DNA of 64,000 bases. Origin: the human T2T-CHM13v2.0 reference genome, Homo sapiens. The notes beneath the pieces were generated by a model, which saw only the letters and a list, made by a program, of their open reading frames with translations, did not search any database and had not been told where the DNA came from. The translations under genes and the position numbers were made by a program. This document shows, piece by piece, positions 13,002 through 28,900 of the stretch (the first letter of the stretch is position 1; the number at the start of each line of letters is the position of its first letter). The DNA lies in assembly GCF_009914755.1 (NCBI RefSeq), contig NC_060948.1; one strand, written 5' to 3'.

Positions 13002-14860
13002 TTTTAAAATTTCTAGAGTAGTTTTAGGTTTACAGGTAAGTTGAACAGAAAATAGAGTTCCCTATACCTCCTGCCCTGACACATGCACAGTCACCCCAGC
13101 ATTGCCACATTATTATCATCTAAAGTCCATACTTTAGATTAGGGTTCACTCTTGGTGTTGTACAATCTATGAGTCTTGACAAATGCATAATGGAATGCCT
13201 CCACTAACATTATAGGACCATACCAAAGAGTTTCATGGCCCTAAAAATCCTCTGTGCTCTAGCTATTGATCCCTTCCTCCCCACTAACCTTTGGCATGTA
13301 TTGATCTTTTTACCACTGTCTCCATGGTTCTGTACCACGAAGTTTCATAGAGTTGGAATTTCATAGAGTTGGAATCACATTGTATGCAGCCTTTTCAGTA
13401 TTGGCTTCTTCAGATCGGTTTATTTCACTGAGTAATATGCATTTGACATTTCTACATGACTTTTTATAACTTGATAGCTGATTATTTTAAAGCAGTGAAT
13501 AATATTCTGCTTTCTGAATGTTCGGCAGCTTATTTATCCATTCATCTCCTGAAGGATATCTTGGTTGCTTTCAAGTTTGACAATGATGACTAAAGCCACT
13601 ATAATCATCTGAATGCAGGATTTTGTGTAGACATGTTTTCAGTTCATTTGGATGAATACTTAGGAGTGTGGTTGCTGAATCTCATGGTTAGAGTATGCCT
13701 AGTTTTGTAAGAAGCTGTCAAACTTTCTTCTAAAGTGATCATACCATTCTGCATTTCCATGATCAATCGCTAAATAAGGGTTTTTGTTGCTTCACGTCCT
13801 TGTTAGCATTTGATGTTGAATTGTTTTGGATTTTCACCATTGTAGGTGTGTATGCTATCTTGTTGTTTTAATTTGCAACTCCTGAATGATATATGATGTT
13901 GAGCATCTTTTTATATACTTCTTTCATATAACATCTGTATCTCATCTTTGTTGAGGTATCTATTAAGGGCCTTTCTCCATTTTTTAAGAAAGTTGTCTAT
14001 TTTCTTCTTGTTTAATTTCAAGACATTTTTAATATATTGTAGATAGCAGACCTTTATCAAGTATGTATTTTGCAAATATTTTCTTCCAGTCTGCTGTTTG
14101 TATTCTCGTTCTATCCATAATGTATTTTGCAGAGCAGAATTTTTTTAAATTTTTTCTTTTTTTCCTTTTTTTTTGCAGATGGGGTCTTACTCTCTCAGGC
14201 AGACTTGAGTGCAGTGTTATGATCTCAGCTCACTGCAACCTCCCCCTCCCTGGTTAAAGCGATTCTTCTGCCTCAGCCTCTCAAGTAGCTGGGAATAGAG
14301 GCACATGCCACCATGCCTGGCAAATTTTGGTATTTTAGTAGAATTGGGGTATCACCATATTGAGCAGGCTGGTCTCAAGCACCTGACATTGAGATCTGCC
14401 TGCCTTGGCCTCCAAAAGTGCTGGGATAACAGGTATAAGCCACTGCACCCGGCTGCAATTTTTTAATTTTAGTGAAGTCTCGTTCATCAATTTTTTCTTT
14501 AATGGGTCATGCCTTTGGTGTTGTATCTAAAAAGTCATAGTTAAACTCAAGTAGTTTAGATTTTCTCCAGTGTTATTTTCTAGGAGCTTGATAGTACCTA
14601 GGCCTGTGATCTGTTTTGAATTGATTTCTGGAAGAGTATAAGGTGTGTATCTAGATTTGCTTTTCACATGTGGATGATCAATTATTTGTTCCAGCTCCAT
14701 TTGTTGAAAGACCATCTTTTCTCCATTGCATTGCCTTTGCTACTTTGTCAAAGATAATTTGTCTATGTTTATGGGGGTCAATTTCTAAAGATCTCTATAT
14801 TGTTTTCTTCACTGATTTGTCTATTCTTTTGCCAATATCACACTGTCTTAATTGTAAAGC
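13002..14860 (-). mobile_element. L1MC1-like 3' region, interrupted by an Alu
   Basis: gttttaggtttacag...aaagtccata...tagggttcactcttggtgttgtac 3'UTR motifs, followed by antisense ORF2 3' sequence (ccatttgttgaaagac). Confidence 0.8.
14140..14454 (-). mobile_element. AluS
   Basis: gatctcagctcactgcaacctcc...gccttggcctccaaaagtgctggga...cactgcacccggct. Confidence 0.9.
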
Positions 14861-16436
14861 ATTTTCTTACTCATGTATTTATTTATATTTTGACCATTTC
14901 TACAATCTTATCTATGTATTTTGTTCAGTGCATCAAAAAGTAAATATGCTTAAATAAATAATTATAGTTAAAGAGGAAAAGAAAGTACCAACTATGTTCA
15001 TTAGGAACCATGTTGATAATGGAGCATGATTGGCAAACAAGACATTGGCACTTGGTGGCATTAATAATCAGAAATCACTAAATATTGAAGTGTATAGAAT
15101 ACAGTTAATATGTATTTAGAGGAAAGTTCATATTCATAAGAGTTTTCCACATGAAACAAATAAATAAAAATATATTCTCTAAACTTACTTTGTTACAAAT
15201 AGGAAACAAAAACTGGACAAAGCTGAAAAGCACAATGAACTAAGTATCAATAAATGTGGGAATTAATGAGTTAGAATAAAATCTGAATCTTTAAAAGAAA
15301 ACCATAAATGACAAGTTAAGATAAATGTGACAGCTGAATATATAACCTATTTCTCTGCTCCTGACACAAGAAAGAAAAATTAAACAAGGAAAATGTAAGA
15401 AAATAATAAAGATCATTATATATTATGCGGTGTGGCATAAACTATTTTTATTGAATAGCTGATTTTTCACAATTCAGTTCCTCTAATGCCAAATTCTCCT
15501 AAGGCAAGTTATTACTTTTTCATATTCTCAGTTTGCCAAATTTGCCAAAAACATGTTTAAGGAATTCATCTTAAATATAGTGAATGAATTTGAGTTATTT
15601 TTCCTCACTAAGTCTTTCCTAATGAAGGGTTCTTATCCAAACCACACAATATAAAAATTATTTTAATCTTCTTTTTTTACAACTAGTAGTGGCAGGTGCA
15701 CAGAAGAAAGGTCATTGCTGTAGGGATTAATTCTCTCAAACAACCTGTGTTGAGAGGAGCTACATGGACTTAATCACTTTTTGTGGGTATATTCTTCTTC
15801 CATATCATTGAATAATAAATATTTAACTCTAAAATTTTCAAATAAATTCATATTAAAACAATAGAATTTTTTATCTATGATATAGTGGTATTAGACTATC
15901 AAGTATTATTAATCATATCAGCTATTATACTTTAGGGAGGGTTTTTTTTTAAAACCTATTAAATCCTTTAATCAACCAAGAGTACTCCAAAACATGTAAG
16001 AAATTGTCAGATAAATACACAAAGTGCATACCACGGGACTGATAAACAAATTACAATAATAGAAATCAAAACATGGCAACTGACACAGTTGTGAATTTCT
16101 TGAGGTGGTAAATACTTACAATCCTCTCATCATCCTTGTAAGGCAGATGTGACAATCTCTGCTTTGCACAGGAAATATTTGAGAATAAAGATTATTAGAG
16201 TGGATAAGAAATACTCTATATTTAATCTCACTAAGCAATGGCAGAGTAAGAATTTGAATCCTAATCTCTGTAACTCCATCCAAACCTTCATTACTTTCCA
16301 TACTGTCAGACTAAGAATAAGTCAAGGATATAATAAAAAATGTCACATAAGATCATTTTAAATACAAACAGGCAGAGTCTGTACATAAATGCACAGAAGC
16401 ATCTTTACAGAGAGTTTTGAGTATGCAGAGACTAAT

Positions 16437-17002
16437 TGTCCACCAACAGATGAATGAATAAAGCAAATGTGACACTGATTCACAATACAGTACTATTTGG
16501 CTATAAAAGAGAATAAGATCCTGTCATTTGCAACAATATGGATGGAACTGGCAATCATTATGTTAAATGAAATAAGTCAGGTACAGAAAGACAAACATCA
16601 CATGTTCTTATTTATTTGTGGGATCTAAAAACTAAAACAGTTGAACTCATGGAGACAAGGAGTAGAAGGATGGTTACTAGAGGCTGGGAAAGGTAGTTCA
16701 GGGGTAGAGGAGATGAAGATAGTTAATGGATATCAAAAAAATAGGAAGAATGAATAAGACCTAGTATTTGATAGCACAACAGAGTGACTACAGAACATAA
16801 TAATTTAATTGTGCATTTTAAGATAACCAAAAGAATACAATTGGATCATTTATAACACAAAGGAAAAATGCTTGAGGAAATGGATACCTTATTTTCCATA
16901 ATGTGATTATGATGTATTGCATGCTTATAGCAAAATATCTCATGTACCCCATAAATACATACATGTGTCCACAAAAATTTAAAATGTATTAAAAAATAAA
17001 AT
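16437..17002 (+). mobile_element. L1MA2/3-like 3' end
   Basis: gatcctgtcatttgcaacaa...agtagaaggatggttactagaggctggg...aataagacctagtatttgatagcacaacag...A-rich tail. Confidence 0.85.
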
Positions 17003-17759
17003 AATCAATATAATATTTTAAAATATGCACAGGTTGTCTCTAATGACTAGTTCTGCCATTTCTTACAGATCAGTCTAATTTTTCTTGTTATATGTTAGCT
17101 TTATATATATATATTTATATATCATAAAAAGAGAAAACTAAAATACATAATACCAGAAAATTAAATCAATGTGTAATTAAATCTTTAAATCAATATGTAG
17201 ACAAAACTGTATAAAATATAACAAGGAGGCAAAAAAAGAAATTAAAAATTTAGGCATGAGAAATTGAATAGGACAGAGAAAAGATATTAAACAATTTTAA
17301 GGCAACACTATGTGCAAATCCCCAAAGACAAATTAGAAAATATTAGAGAAATATCATTAGAAAATATAAATTATCAAAATTACACCTATAGTTAAAGTTG
17401 GAATGTGTATAAATCAATAAAGAAAAAAATGGAAAGGCAAAACAAAAAAAAAAGGAAATTACATTCGAGAGTCTGGGATCACACAGAGTACATTGTAACT
17501 CAAATAAAAAAATAAAATCAATTTATGCCTTGCATATGCACACACATACACAGTGGGAACCCATTGTATTGTCAGACTCTTGATCTGATGAATACAGAGT
17601 GGAAAGGCATAGTACATTTCAGTGCATTTAACTCTTGCACCTTGCTTTTAACTCTTTTTCAGAAAGCTAAAATGTAGAACAGATACAAAGGGAGCTGTTC
17701 TATTTGGAAAGGAGAATTGTGGGTGGGAGAGAAGGCAGGACAGCAAGTGGAACATCACC

Positions 17760-19115
17760 TACTGTTCTCAGTTGCTTGGCAGAACCTCAACCCTCATTAA
17801 ATCCACTTCATTGCCTCTTCCACAACTGCACCTGAACAGCCATATATAGCTGGAGAAAAACTCACAACCCAGTGGATCAGTCTCTTTAAAGACAATATCA
17901 TTATTTTCAAGGGGGCTTTCCTGAGCTTATTTACTTCCCTAAATACCCAAAGCATTCAGTCATCAAAATTGATTTCATGCTGGAACCACCTAGGTAGTTT
18001 TAAAAGACACTGACGCTGGGGTCGCAATCCCCAAAAAAATTCTTAGGAAATTGGTCTTGGGTGTGGCCCGGGCATGCCAATTATTAAAATAGTTCTGATT
18101 AATTCCAGAGGCAAATTTGAGAGAAGCTTACTTAGAAATCACTTGGAGATGTTACTGAAATACAGATTTTGACTTTTTTGATGTGGGGCAATTCTTCATT
18201 TCTAACAAGCTTCAAGTCACACCGATGTTGCTGGTCTATAGACCACATTCTGAATAGCAGGGACCTAGAGTCTTATTTCTCACCTTCTCCTGTCTCCTCA
18301 GAAATGTCCAATAGTCCTTCTGTCTTCCATTCTCACTCTAAGTGCATGACCTTGGTTCCCATTTTACTAGGAAAATCCAAGCCCATCAGTAGGGAGATTT
18401 TACAAGCTCTGACCTCCACCCTACCCACCTACAAGCCCATCATGCCCACATACTCTGCCTTCACTCCTGTGACTTCAAACCACCTTTGTTCCTATCTAAT
18501 GAAAGCACCCATCTTTTACAGCAGAGTGGACCTCTCTATCTCTTTGACAAATCTCCCTCTCTCTGTCATCACCTCATCACCAAGGATGAGACTACTACAT
18601 TCAGAAGCATGCTAGAACCCTATAATCCTAACAGAAAGCAAGGAAGGAAGGAAGGAAGGAAGGAAGAAAGGAAAGAAGGAAGGAAGGAAGGAAGGAAGGA
18701 AGGAAGGAAGGCAGGCCAGCCAGAGGGGAGGGGAGGGGTCACCTCTTCTGTAAGGAGCAATATGGAGGGAGGGAGGGAGGGAGAGAGGGAAGGAGGAGAG
18801 GGGAGGGGGGTCACCTGTCCCGTAAGGAGCAATATGGAGTGAGGGAGGGAGGGAGGGAAAGAGGGGAGGGGAGGGGAGGGGAAAGAAGGAGGGAAGGAAA
18901 AAAGAAAGGGGGGAAGGGATGGAGGGAGGGAGAGAGGAAGGAAGGAAGGAGGAAGGGAGGGAAGGAAGTAAGGAAGGAATCTCTTTCTTATCACAATTTC
19001 ATTTTCTAAATCAGGTTTTCTTCACAACTGACCAGTGAACATGACGTTTTTCTCAGTCACCAATGACCTTCACATTGCTGCATGTAATGCTAATCTCAGC
19101 CCTGAGCTGACTGAA
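17760..19115 (+). mobile_element. L2 fragments interrupted by MER5-type elements (about 17957-18265) and a GA-rich tract
   Basis: gctggagaaaaactcacaacc and gtcaccaatgaccttcacattgc (L2); gaaccacctagg, tttctaacaagc...gctggtc (MER5). Confidence 0.55.
18636..18980 (+). repeat. Polypurine tract: (GGAA)n / (GGGA)n
   Basis: Runs of GGAA at about 18640-18710, G/A-only blocks to 18980. Confidence 0.95.
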
Positions 19116-20489
19116 CCTACACCAGTGTGTGAATTAATAAGTATTCTTTCTCAGGCAAAAGGAGAGAGAATGGAAATAAAGTATCATGGGCAGAGGAAGG
19201 TAGTAGGAGAATTGACTGCATCATCTGAAAGGAGTCATAGTTTTAAGTGGTCTTGAATAATTAAAAAACTCAAAAAAACTTATTCCAAGTTGTTTTTAAT
19301 TCTACTGAGGGCAGGTAAAGAAATTTAATATTAAAAGGTACAGAACATAAAAAAGATTGAGGATTGTCTTATTACAGTCAAGGAAAAGGAAGTGGGAGAA
19401 AATGGATGAATGAAATCTTAGAAGGAATAGGGCCAGATTTTGACAGACTTTTCTCCACAAAGGAGAAGTTAAGCTAAAATGAAGGGACACAGCTTTGCCC
19501 AGTGATACCAAAATTTGGAGGGTGAAAAGTGTTTAAAGATTATGCAAATTGCACTGACATTTGCAAGCAACAATGCGTGTATTCCTTTAGCAATATAGGG
19601 GAAAATATCTCAGGTAGGTCTCAACCTTTTATTTTGGAAAAATCTTTAGTTTAATATGATTGAAGTTGTATATATATACACATATGTGTGGTATTATTTA
19701 TGTATACATATTCTAATGAAATCGTCCTATTTGGACTACAATGAAAACCAGTAGTTCTTTCCTATACACTTCTCCATTTCTGGCACTGCAAATGCAGGCA
19801 TTTTAACTATTATAGCTGTTTTTTGAAGATATTTACTTTCTTTTTTAAAAATACCCAGAATTTTTTATTTTTTGTTTCAAAAATTATCTAGCTATTACTT
19901 ATTGGTTTATCTCTCTTATCATTTCCACTACTACTTTGCCTCTTCTACTCCCTCTCCGCTTATAATGAACACAAGAATTGGCTAAATCAAGTATACTTTG
20001 TTTATGTTATTAAGGCTGTATTTCAATTGTTCACAGTCAAACCATGTGATAAACAATTATTGCATTCCTTTCTATTAAAGTTCTTTTGTTTTCCTTGGAG
20101 TAAGCAATTACCTTTTGTTTACTTCTGTAATTTTTATGTATTTTCTTGAATTGTCTCCGCTTCTACCACAGAAATATATGCCTGTTTTCAAAAGAAACAG
20201 AAACACCTGTGTCTTCTTGGACCACTGAATTCACTGGGTCCGGACATGCTGCATAGTTTTGATATTTTAATTTCTTGTCACCATATTTCTCTCGTAATTT
20301 CTTTAGTTTCTCACTTGTGTTGGCACTACTACATCTTTACGCTCAGTCCTTTTCTATTTTGGTAAAGCACACCCTTTAGTAATTTCCTCAGAAAAGATGA
20401 TACATTTTTCAGACTTTATATCTGAAAATATTTGTAGTGTATACTCATATTTGACTGGTAAATTTACCTGGCCTTGTATAATATTCTAG

Positions 20490-20888
<399 letters not shown>

Positions 20889-23315
20889 ATCAGTTAAATT
20901 CTTTATATACAATCATTAACCACTTGGTTGTTTTTCCTCTTTTTCACCAATTGCTGACAGTAAGAATTCCTCTCTCAAGAAATTTACCAACGCAAAGGAA
21001 ACAAATTTAGATGCTGACAGTGATGGTCACCTTGTGAAATAGCAAGATCTTTAGTGAATTATTGTACCATAAAGGTCACCATTAGAAAACAAGAGCTACC
21101 AATTGACATTTTAGTGTGTCACTCTCAACATGGAATGAGCTGTCCATGCAGACCAGATAGTTGACACAGGTTTTAACATGATATATAGACTAAGGCAAAC
21201 AAAATAGAGATTTAAGAGGAAAGAAAAAGAGACTCAGAGGAAAAAGGAAAACCACCCTTAAGGGAGAATATCTTTGCTATTTCTTCTTTTTTCTCTTCTG
21301 ACGTTAGGTGCTTAGTGCATTAATTTTGAGCCTTCTATCTTTACAAATATAAAAGAGAAAGTGAATTTTATGGTATAAAATATTAAAGTACAAAAGATTT
21401 GAGTTTATGGACAAAGGTAAGGAACATGTTCTAAAATAAAATCAGCATAGAGCTCAGACATGTTAGACTATTAAGTGAGCCTCACTCTGACATTTTGCCT
21501 AGTGCTGAGTGCTACTAATAATTTCATACAGTCAAAACAAAGTCTGGAACCATCAACATTCCTCCTTGAATCATTTCTTGCTTTATTAGGACATGTTCTG
21601 ACCCTGGGTTTAAAATAGGAGATCTCCAAGTGGTGCTTGTGGGAGAACCCTTTATGCAAAAGAGAGATGCTTCTTTCTTGAGACATTTCCAATTAGAATC
21701 GGCTACATAGCTTATGTAACATTTTTCAGGGATCCATGTCCCTAAGCCTATAAACAATACTAGCCAGACCAGTTACAGTGTGCTAAAAGTGGATCATAAA
21801 AACTTGGTAATAATATCTCCCACTAGAAAATACAATTATAGTATTTTCCTGGAGGTCTGACATGTGCAAGCTTACAGGTAAATTTCCCAAGTCACCTTTC
21901 TTTCTCTTCCTTGGTGCCCCCAGTTAAACAAGAAAAAGAATTCCTAAACTGCTGTTAGCCTTTTCTTTACTAAGGGTTTTAAGATTTTGGCGTTGAGATA
22001 TTTTTTCCTAAACTAGGTTTTTTAAATTGAACATTAAAAAATATAAAGTATGAGCAGAGATTTTGAGTGTTCATATAATTTTAGGAAGTTAGGTGAGCTA
22101 TTATTAATATTTAAGATATGCACACAAGAAAACAATAATAAAAGTGTGCTGTGAATGGCTTAGCAAGCAGTAGGCACTTGTCTAATAGAAAAATTATTTA
22201 GAGATTGAGAGGTAGCTCTGAATGCATCCTGTGTGCTTGTTAATCATTATTTTGAAAAGTCTGGAGACATGGTCCCTATTGCCTTTAAATTTCTTTACAT
22301 AGGTAATAGCATAATTTCTGACAAAGGGTAAGTGTTTTCAGTTTAATAATCATAGCAATTTCTTTTGAGCTATTACCCTATTCTTAGACAATATTCCAAA
22401 AATAGTCCTCACAGGTTTCAGACTGTAACACCTGCAAACCAGATGAACACCCCCGTAACAGTTGTATGCATTGGGAAATGTTATTCTCAAAAAACAATAA
22501 CTTCTGAAATTAAATTGAGTGTGGGGTAAATGAATCACTATACTTCTGAGTGAGGAAAAGTTGTATAAATCAATGGTACTCTCTAAGTAATATATGAGAG
22601 TGGACACTCAATCTGTTTCACATTAAGTTTGGGGCCAGGAGAGTGGGTTTGGGTTAGGAGTAGAGATTAATGATACTGTGTATATGTCCTACTCTGTGGG
22701 TTAATAGCTCAGTGTTCACTGGGGAAGTCAGTGATAGAAAGCAGTGGACATTGCATGTAAAGTTAGATATTTTGAAAGCATGTTCAATAGAAATTAGTTA
22801 AGTACTCCAGTGTGCATGATTAAATAAGTCTTTTGGGGTAAACTAGTAAACTGTCTGAAAAGGAAATGAAAGAAAAATGAAATGAATTATAAGCAACAAT
22901 GGCAGAAACAACTATAGACTATGTTGTGACCAGGGCTTGTGCCAAGTGGGGCCAAAACACTTCTGTGTCCTTTATATGTAATTCTTCTCACTTTCTTGTG
23001 TCATCCAATCAGTATTTGTCAGGGCTGGTACCTATAAAGAATGATACTTGAGTCCTCAAATAGGAGAGTAAATTAGTCAAGAGAAAGTCCAAGGCTGGTG
23101 GGAATGGGGTCTTGGAAGTGAGAACAGTGAGGAGAACTAACTGGAGAGGAGGGTAGAATTATGGGAATATGATGGTGAGCAACGGCAAAGCCATCCCTGT
23201 CTTTATTGGGATGCAGCCATATGGGGAGAAACAGACACATTTTCAAAAGCTACTACAACATCATATGATGAATGTCTGAAGATGTAAGTACATGTGAGTT
23301 CACCTGAAAGGTCCC

Positions 23316-23705
23316 TGATATGGTTTAGCTCTGTATCCCTGCCCAAATCTCACATCGAATTGTAATTCCCAATGTGGGGAGAGGGAGCTGGTGGAAGATG
23401 ATTGGACCATGATAGTGGATTTCCCATTGCTGTTCTCATGATAGTAAGTCAGTTCTCACAAAAACTGATTGTTTAAAAGTGGGTAGTACTTCCACTTTTT
23501 CTCTGTCTCTCTGTTTCTCCTCCTCTGCCATATTAAGACTTGCTTGCTTCACCTTTGCCCGCTGCCATGATTGTAAGTTTACTGAGGCCTTCCAGCCATG
23601 CTTCCTTTACAGCCTGTGGAACTATGCATAAGTTAAACCTCTTTTCTTCATAAATTATCCAGTCTCAGGTAGTTGTTTATAGCTGTGTGAGAATGGACTA
23701 ATACA
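23316..23705 (+). mobile_element. MSTA solo LTR
   Basis: tgatatggtttagctctg...ccagccatgcttcctttacagcctgtggaact...ggactaataca. Confidence 0.88.
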
Positions 23706-24062
23706 GCCACTAAATTAGTTACAGGTGTAAGTCAAACTTCATGAAGAAACTGACATCTATCAGGAGACAGGAATTTGAAAAGGAGCAGATGAAAAGTGGC
23801 AGCAAATATTTAAAAAGTACTTCTATTTTGGAAAAGATGATGTTTCCTTGTGATTTGAAATAGGAATTGGCATGACATATGTGATAATCCAGAGAAAAGA
23901 ATACGGAAGAAATGGATAAATACTGAATAGCAGAACATCCAGACAAAAGAAAACATTCAAAGGCCTTTGACCTTTAAAGAACAGGTTTAACTGAATATGA
24001 CACTTGGGGATCTCCAGAAAATAGATCCTGAAAGACCATCAGTATCATCTTCTATCACCCAC

Positions 24063-24770
24063 TGCAACAGACTGAATGTTTATGTCACCAAAATTCCTAT
24101 GTTGAAACCATAACCCCTGGCCAGGTGTAGTAGCTCACCCCTGTAATCCCAGAATTTTGAGAGGCAGTTTGTCTTACCTTTGGAAGGCAAAGGCAAGTGG
24201 ATTGCTTGAGATGAGGAGTTCAAGACCAGACTAGGCAACACAGTGAAACTCCTTCCCTACTAAAAATGCAAAAATTAACCAGGCAGTGTGACACATGCCT
24301 TCAGTCCCAGCTACTTGGGGAGCTGAGGTGGAAAGATGAATTCAGCATGGGAGGTCAAGGCTGCAGTGAGCCTTGATCTTGCCACTGCACTCTAACCTGG
24401 GCAAGCAAGAGACCCTGTCTCAAAACAACAGAAACAAAACCAAAAAGGAAAGAAAAATAAATCCTAACTCCCACAGGATGATATTGGGAGGCAGGGGCTT
24501 TGAGAGGTGATTAGGTCCATGAGGGAAAAGCCTTCATGAATGGGATTAGTGCCCTTATAAAAGGAACCCCAGGGAACTCCCTTGCTCCTTCCACCCTGTG
24601 AGGGCATAACAAGAAGGCACAATTTCTGTGAGCCAGGAAGTTCATCCAGCAGACACAGAATATGTCATGCCTTGATCTTGGACTTCCAGCCTATGACGGT
24701 GAGCAATAAATGTTGTTTATAGGCCACCCACTTTATGATGTCATTATAGCAGCCTTAACTAACTAATCTA
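24063..24770 (+). mobile_element. MLT1A-type LTR interrupted by an Alu
   Basis: gactgaatgtttatgtc...tatgttgaaa / atgaatgggattagtgcccttataaaag...ccttgatcttggacttccagcc. Confidence 0.82.
24119..24457 (+). mobile_element. AluJ inside the MLT1A LTR
   Basis: ggattgcttgag...gggaggtcaaggctgcagtgagc...gagaccctgtctc; approximate TSD aaaccataacccc/aaatcctaactccc. Confidence 0.9.
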
Positions 24771-25761
24771 CAACTTTCCCACCTGGGCATTCAAAGCCGT
24801 ACAACCACTCTTGACTTTGTTCCAGATCAAATAGCAACAGCTTAACAGCTGGTAGGATATGGGGTAGAGAACTCAGTGGAATTATCAAATGGTAATGGAA
24901 GGCTGTAAATTGCTACAAGCATTTCAAGGTGCAGTTTACCTTAAGGTCTGCTAAGAGCCTTACAAATATTTATACAAGGTATTATTGTCTCCATCCTACA
25001 TAAGATGGAACCACAGTTCAGAACAGTATGTTGATCAACTTGAAGTCACATGTCAGAGCTTGGATTTGAACTCACATTTGCCTGGTTTCAGTGCACTCGT
25101 TCCTTCCATTGCATCTCACTCTCAGCAAAGCCAGGATATAATCCTAAATTATACTATACAATGTTATGGTACTGATTTTGCTTATGTAAAAGATGTTTCT
25201 TTCTATTATGCAAAGACAAGACACTAGGAACTCACATCCATGATAGAAATGGCTATTTTATATGAACATCATTTGCTTTCATCAAAGAAATGACATTGTG
25301 ATGGGAAAATGGATTTAGTCATGGTATTCTGATTCCATCATAATAATGCTTTATATTTTTAAATGTGTTTGTGTTTTTGATGGATCAGGAAACAAGTAAC
25401 CTGTGAGGAAGTTTAGACCAACACTGGGCTTAGTATATGTTCCAAATGCATTTATTTTATATTCACTTCTAATCCATATTGGATAAGAAAAACATAAATT
25501 TTAAAAAATGAAGCTCAATTGGTTAGTTCTCCCAATATAAAACCCATGATAAATGTATTATTAATTTTTTAGGAATTACGTCTTCATCTATGTAAATTAA
25601 TAAGATCAAATCTAAGGACATATAAAAAATGACATGAAGGAGAAGCCCAATGCAAACACAATTGGAAACACAAGAAGAGAATGAATTTAGCCACAAGTTG
25701 TCAGTTTATATTGTTAAAACCTGATTAGAGAGTGAAAGTGAAATGCCAAATTAAAAATAAC

Positions 25762-26081
<320 letters not shown>

Positions 26082-26735
26082 TTACCTGAACCAGAGCAAA
26101 AAATTAACCACACCTCACATCACATAAACTCAGCTTAACTATGTTATGGTGGTAGATTGGGGAAAGAGCCTAAAAAGATACAACAAAGTAACAAAGTTTA
26201 TAACACTGCTAGTTGCAAATCATAGAAGGTTAACTCTAACAATTTTTATTTCAATAGTAAAGTCCTCTAGAAAGGTACATTATTAGACTCAATTTTTATG
26301 TCACAATCTTTGAAGTTGTGTCTTAAAACAAAATATATTATTCAAAATTGTTTTCAATATATTCATTTCTCTTATCGTATATGCGTATTTGTCTATTTTA
26401 AGAAATTGGAAAATAATTTGGTTGTGTAGGGAGTCAATACTGGGTCAATATTAGATTCACACACAATAAAAAAACCAGTCAAACAATTATAGCACATCAC
26501 CACGTTAGTTATCTTTAAATCTTATAGATGGTACAATATGAGCATTGTGGCATTATTGTAACTGCAACGGATACGTTAAAATTAGAAATGTATATTAGTT
26601 CTCATTTTAACATTCATAGTTGTTGGTAGACCCATCTGAAAGATGTTCACCTTCAGTTTAATGATATATTTATGTGGATTCACAATTCTTATGAGCGTTA
26701 ATGGAAACTTTGAAGCTTTAAAAAATGAAAAAGTA

Positions 26736-27079
<344 letters not shown>

Positions 27080-28049
27080 CTATTGGATGAGGTATTCAAT
27101 TCATTCCTAAAATACAAAATACTGCTTGTTTTGACTCTTACAGCTGGAATAATTGGTGCAATTAAAATAATGAGATAGTCCAAACAGTGGTATATGCATT
27201 ATAAATATAGAGTGATATGTAATTTGTAATTCCTATATCATTGTTATGCTGATATATTTCTAATTATAATGTTTTGAGCTAATAGGAATATGTTTTGTCA
27301 TATGGATTATATTCTGGGAAAATTATCTGTTATGATAGCTAATTTGAAAACCTTTTTGAGTAGATATAAAATATAATATTAATGTGTATTTTGGAAAAAG
27401 AACTTTGGAAAACTGTTCAGAGGTATCTGCAAGCTGAATACATACATGCTCTATGACCCAACATTTTCATTCCTGTGTAAATATCCAACATAAGTGGGTA
27501 TATGTTTTCACCAAAGACATATGTAAGAACAGTTATAGTGTCATCATGTAGTAATTTTAAGCTATACAGTTTTAAGGCTTTGGCCATCTGACCTGTTTGA
27601 GTGAGAAGGCAGCAATGATGATTTGAAAATTGGATATGGGCACTGCATGGCAGAATTAATACTTAATTATTACTTGCAATTGAAAACAAATTTGTTCATA
27701 TCCTGAATAATATGATAGTTAATACTAGCTTACCAACATTTACTGACTGCTGTGTGGAAGAATAAATTGATTGCTTCTGTGAATATTTAGTCTTAGCACT
27801 TGATTTGTATTAACTCCTTTAATACTGAAAACAACTTTATGAAATATTATGCTCTTTTCAAAGGCCAGTAACATGAAATGTAAAAAGATGACTTATTCAA
27901 AATCAAGCAAATAGTAAGTAATAAGTGGCACAAAAAAATACATCAGGTAAATGTTAGGAAGACTGACTGTTAGATGGCTTCATTTTGTAGTGTCAGTGCT
28001 CATTTTTTTTTTTTTTTTGAGTAGGTATGTAAACTGCAATCTAAAATAT

Positions 28050-28900
28050 CCAAAGAACTCAGACATGTGAAGATACCAGGGTAGATTATTCCAAGCAAAG
28101 GGAGCAGCTTCTAAAACAGGCTGCAGGCAGGATTCAGGGTTGAGTGTTTAATGAACTGAAAAATTCAGCTAACAGAACTGAAGCAATCATGATTGAGAAG
28201 AGAGTGAGAGGCAAAGAGGTGGTAGAAATGTGTAAGTGCTAGTAACAAAAGAACTTCTCGGCTAGGTAAGAGTTTCACTTCCATTTTTAAGTGTGTTTGG
28301 AAGTGCTGGAGCATTTTGATCAAAGGAGCAATATTTTATTATCCAAAATGTGGGAATTTGGGATTAATGGTAGCTGGGAGACTTAGGAAACTTCTGTGAG
28401 AACAAAGATGAAAAATGATGGCTGCATGAAATAAGGTGACACTAACAGAAATGAAGAAAATTGAACAGATGTGAAGCATAATGTAAAACTAGAGCTGACA
28501 AGAGTTATTAATACAGCCTGTTAATGGATGTGGGTGGAGGTAAAGACAGGAATCACGTGTATATACCTGGGTGCACATGCTGTTCACTGAGACACAGAAA
28601 CTGAAGATGAGAGTTGGAGTTTGTGTAGGATCTAGAACCAATAGCTTTATTTTGGACGTGCTCATTTTGAGTTGCCTTGTAGGCATCAAAATGTAGGTAT
28701 GAATTAGCCCGTTAGATTTAGGAATTTAGAGAAGTCAGAGCAGGAGATAAGAATTTGAGGTCATCATGATATAAACACTATACATGACTGTGAGAATAGA
28801 TAACATTGTCTGCAGAGACACAAGAGCTGGAGGAAAAACAGATGTCAAGAATGGGGCTTTGGGAGAATTTGATATCTGGAAAAGGAGAAGATGGCTAAGA
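28050..28900 (-). mobile_element. L2 fragment
   Basis: tagagctgacaagag...tggatgtgggt...gttcactgaga...ttttggacgtgct...ggagataagaatttgaggtcatc. Confidence 0.65.

Noticed and set aside
18169-18994. 118-148 aa ORFs
   Set aside because: They span MER5, L2 and the GGAA tract; no coherent protein.
21200-21800. Host exon or gene in unique DNA (73-77 aa minus-strand ORFs)
   Set aside because: No recognisable protein, non-ATG starts and no CpG island.
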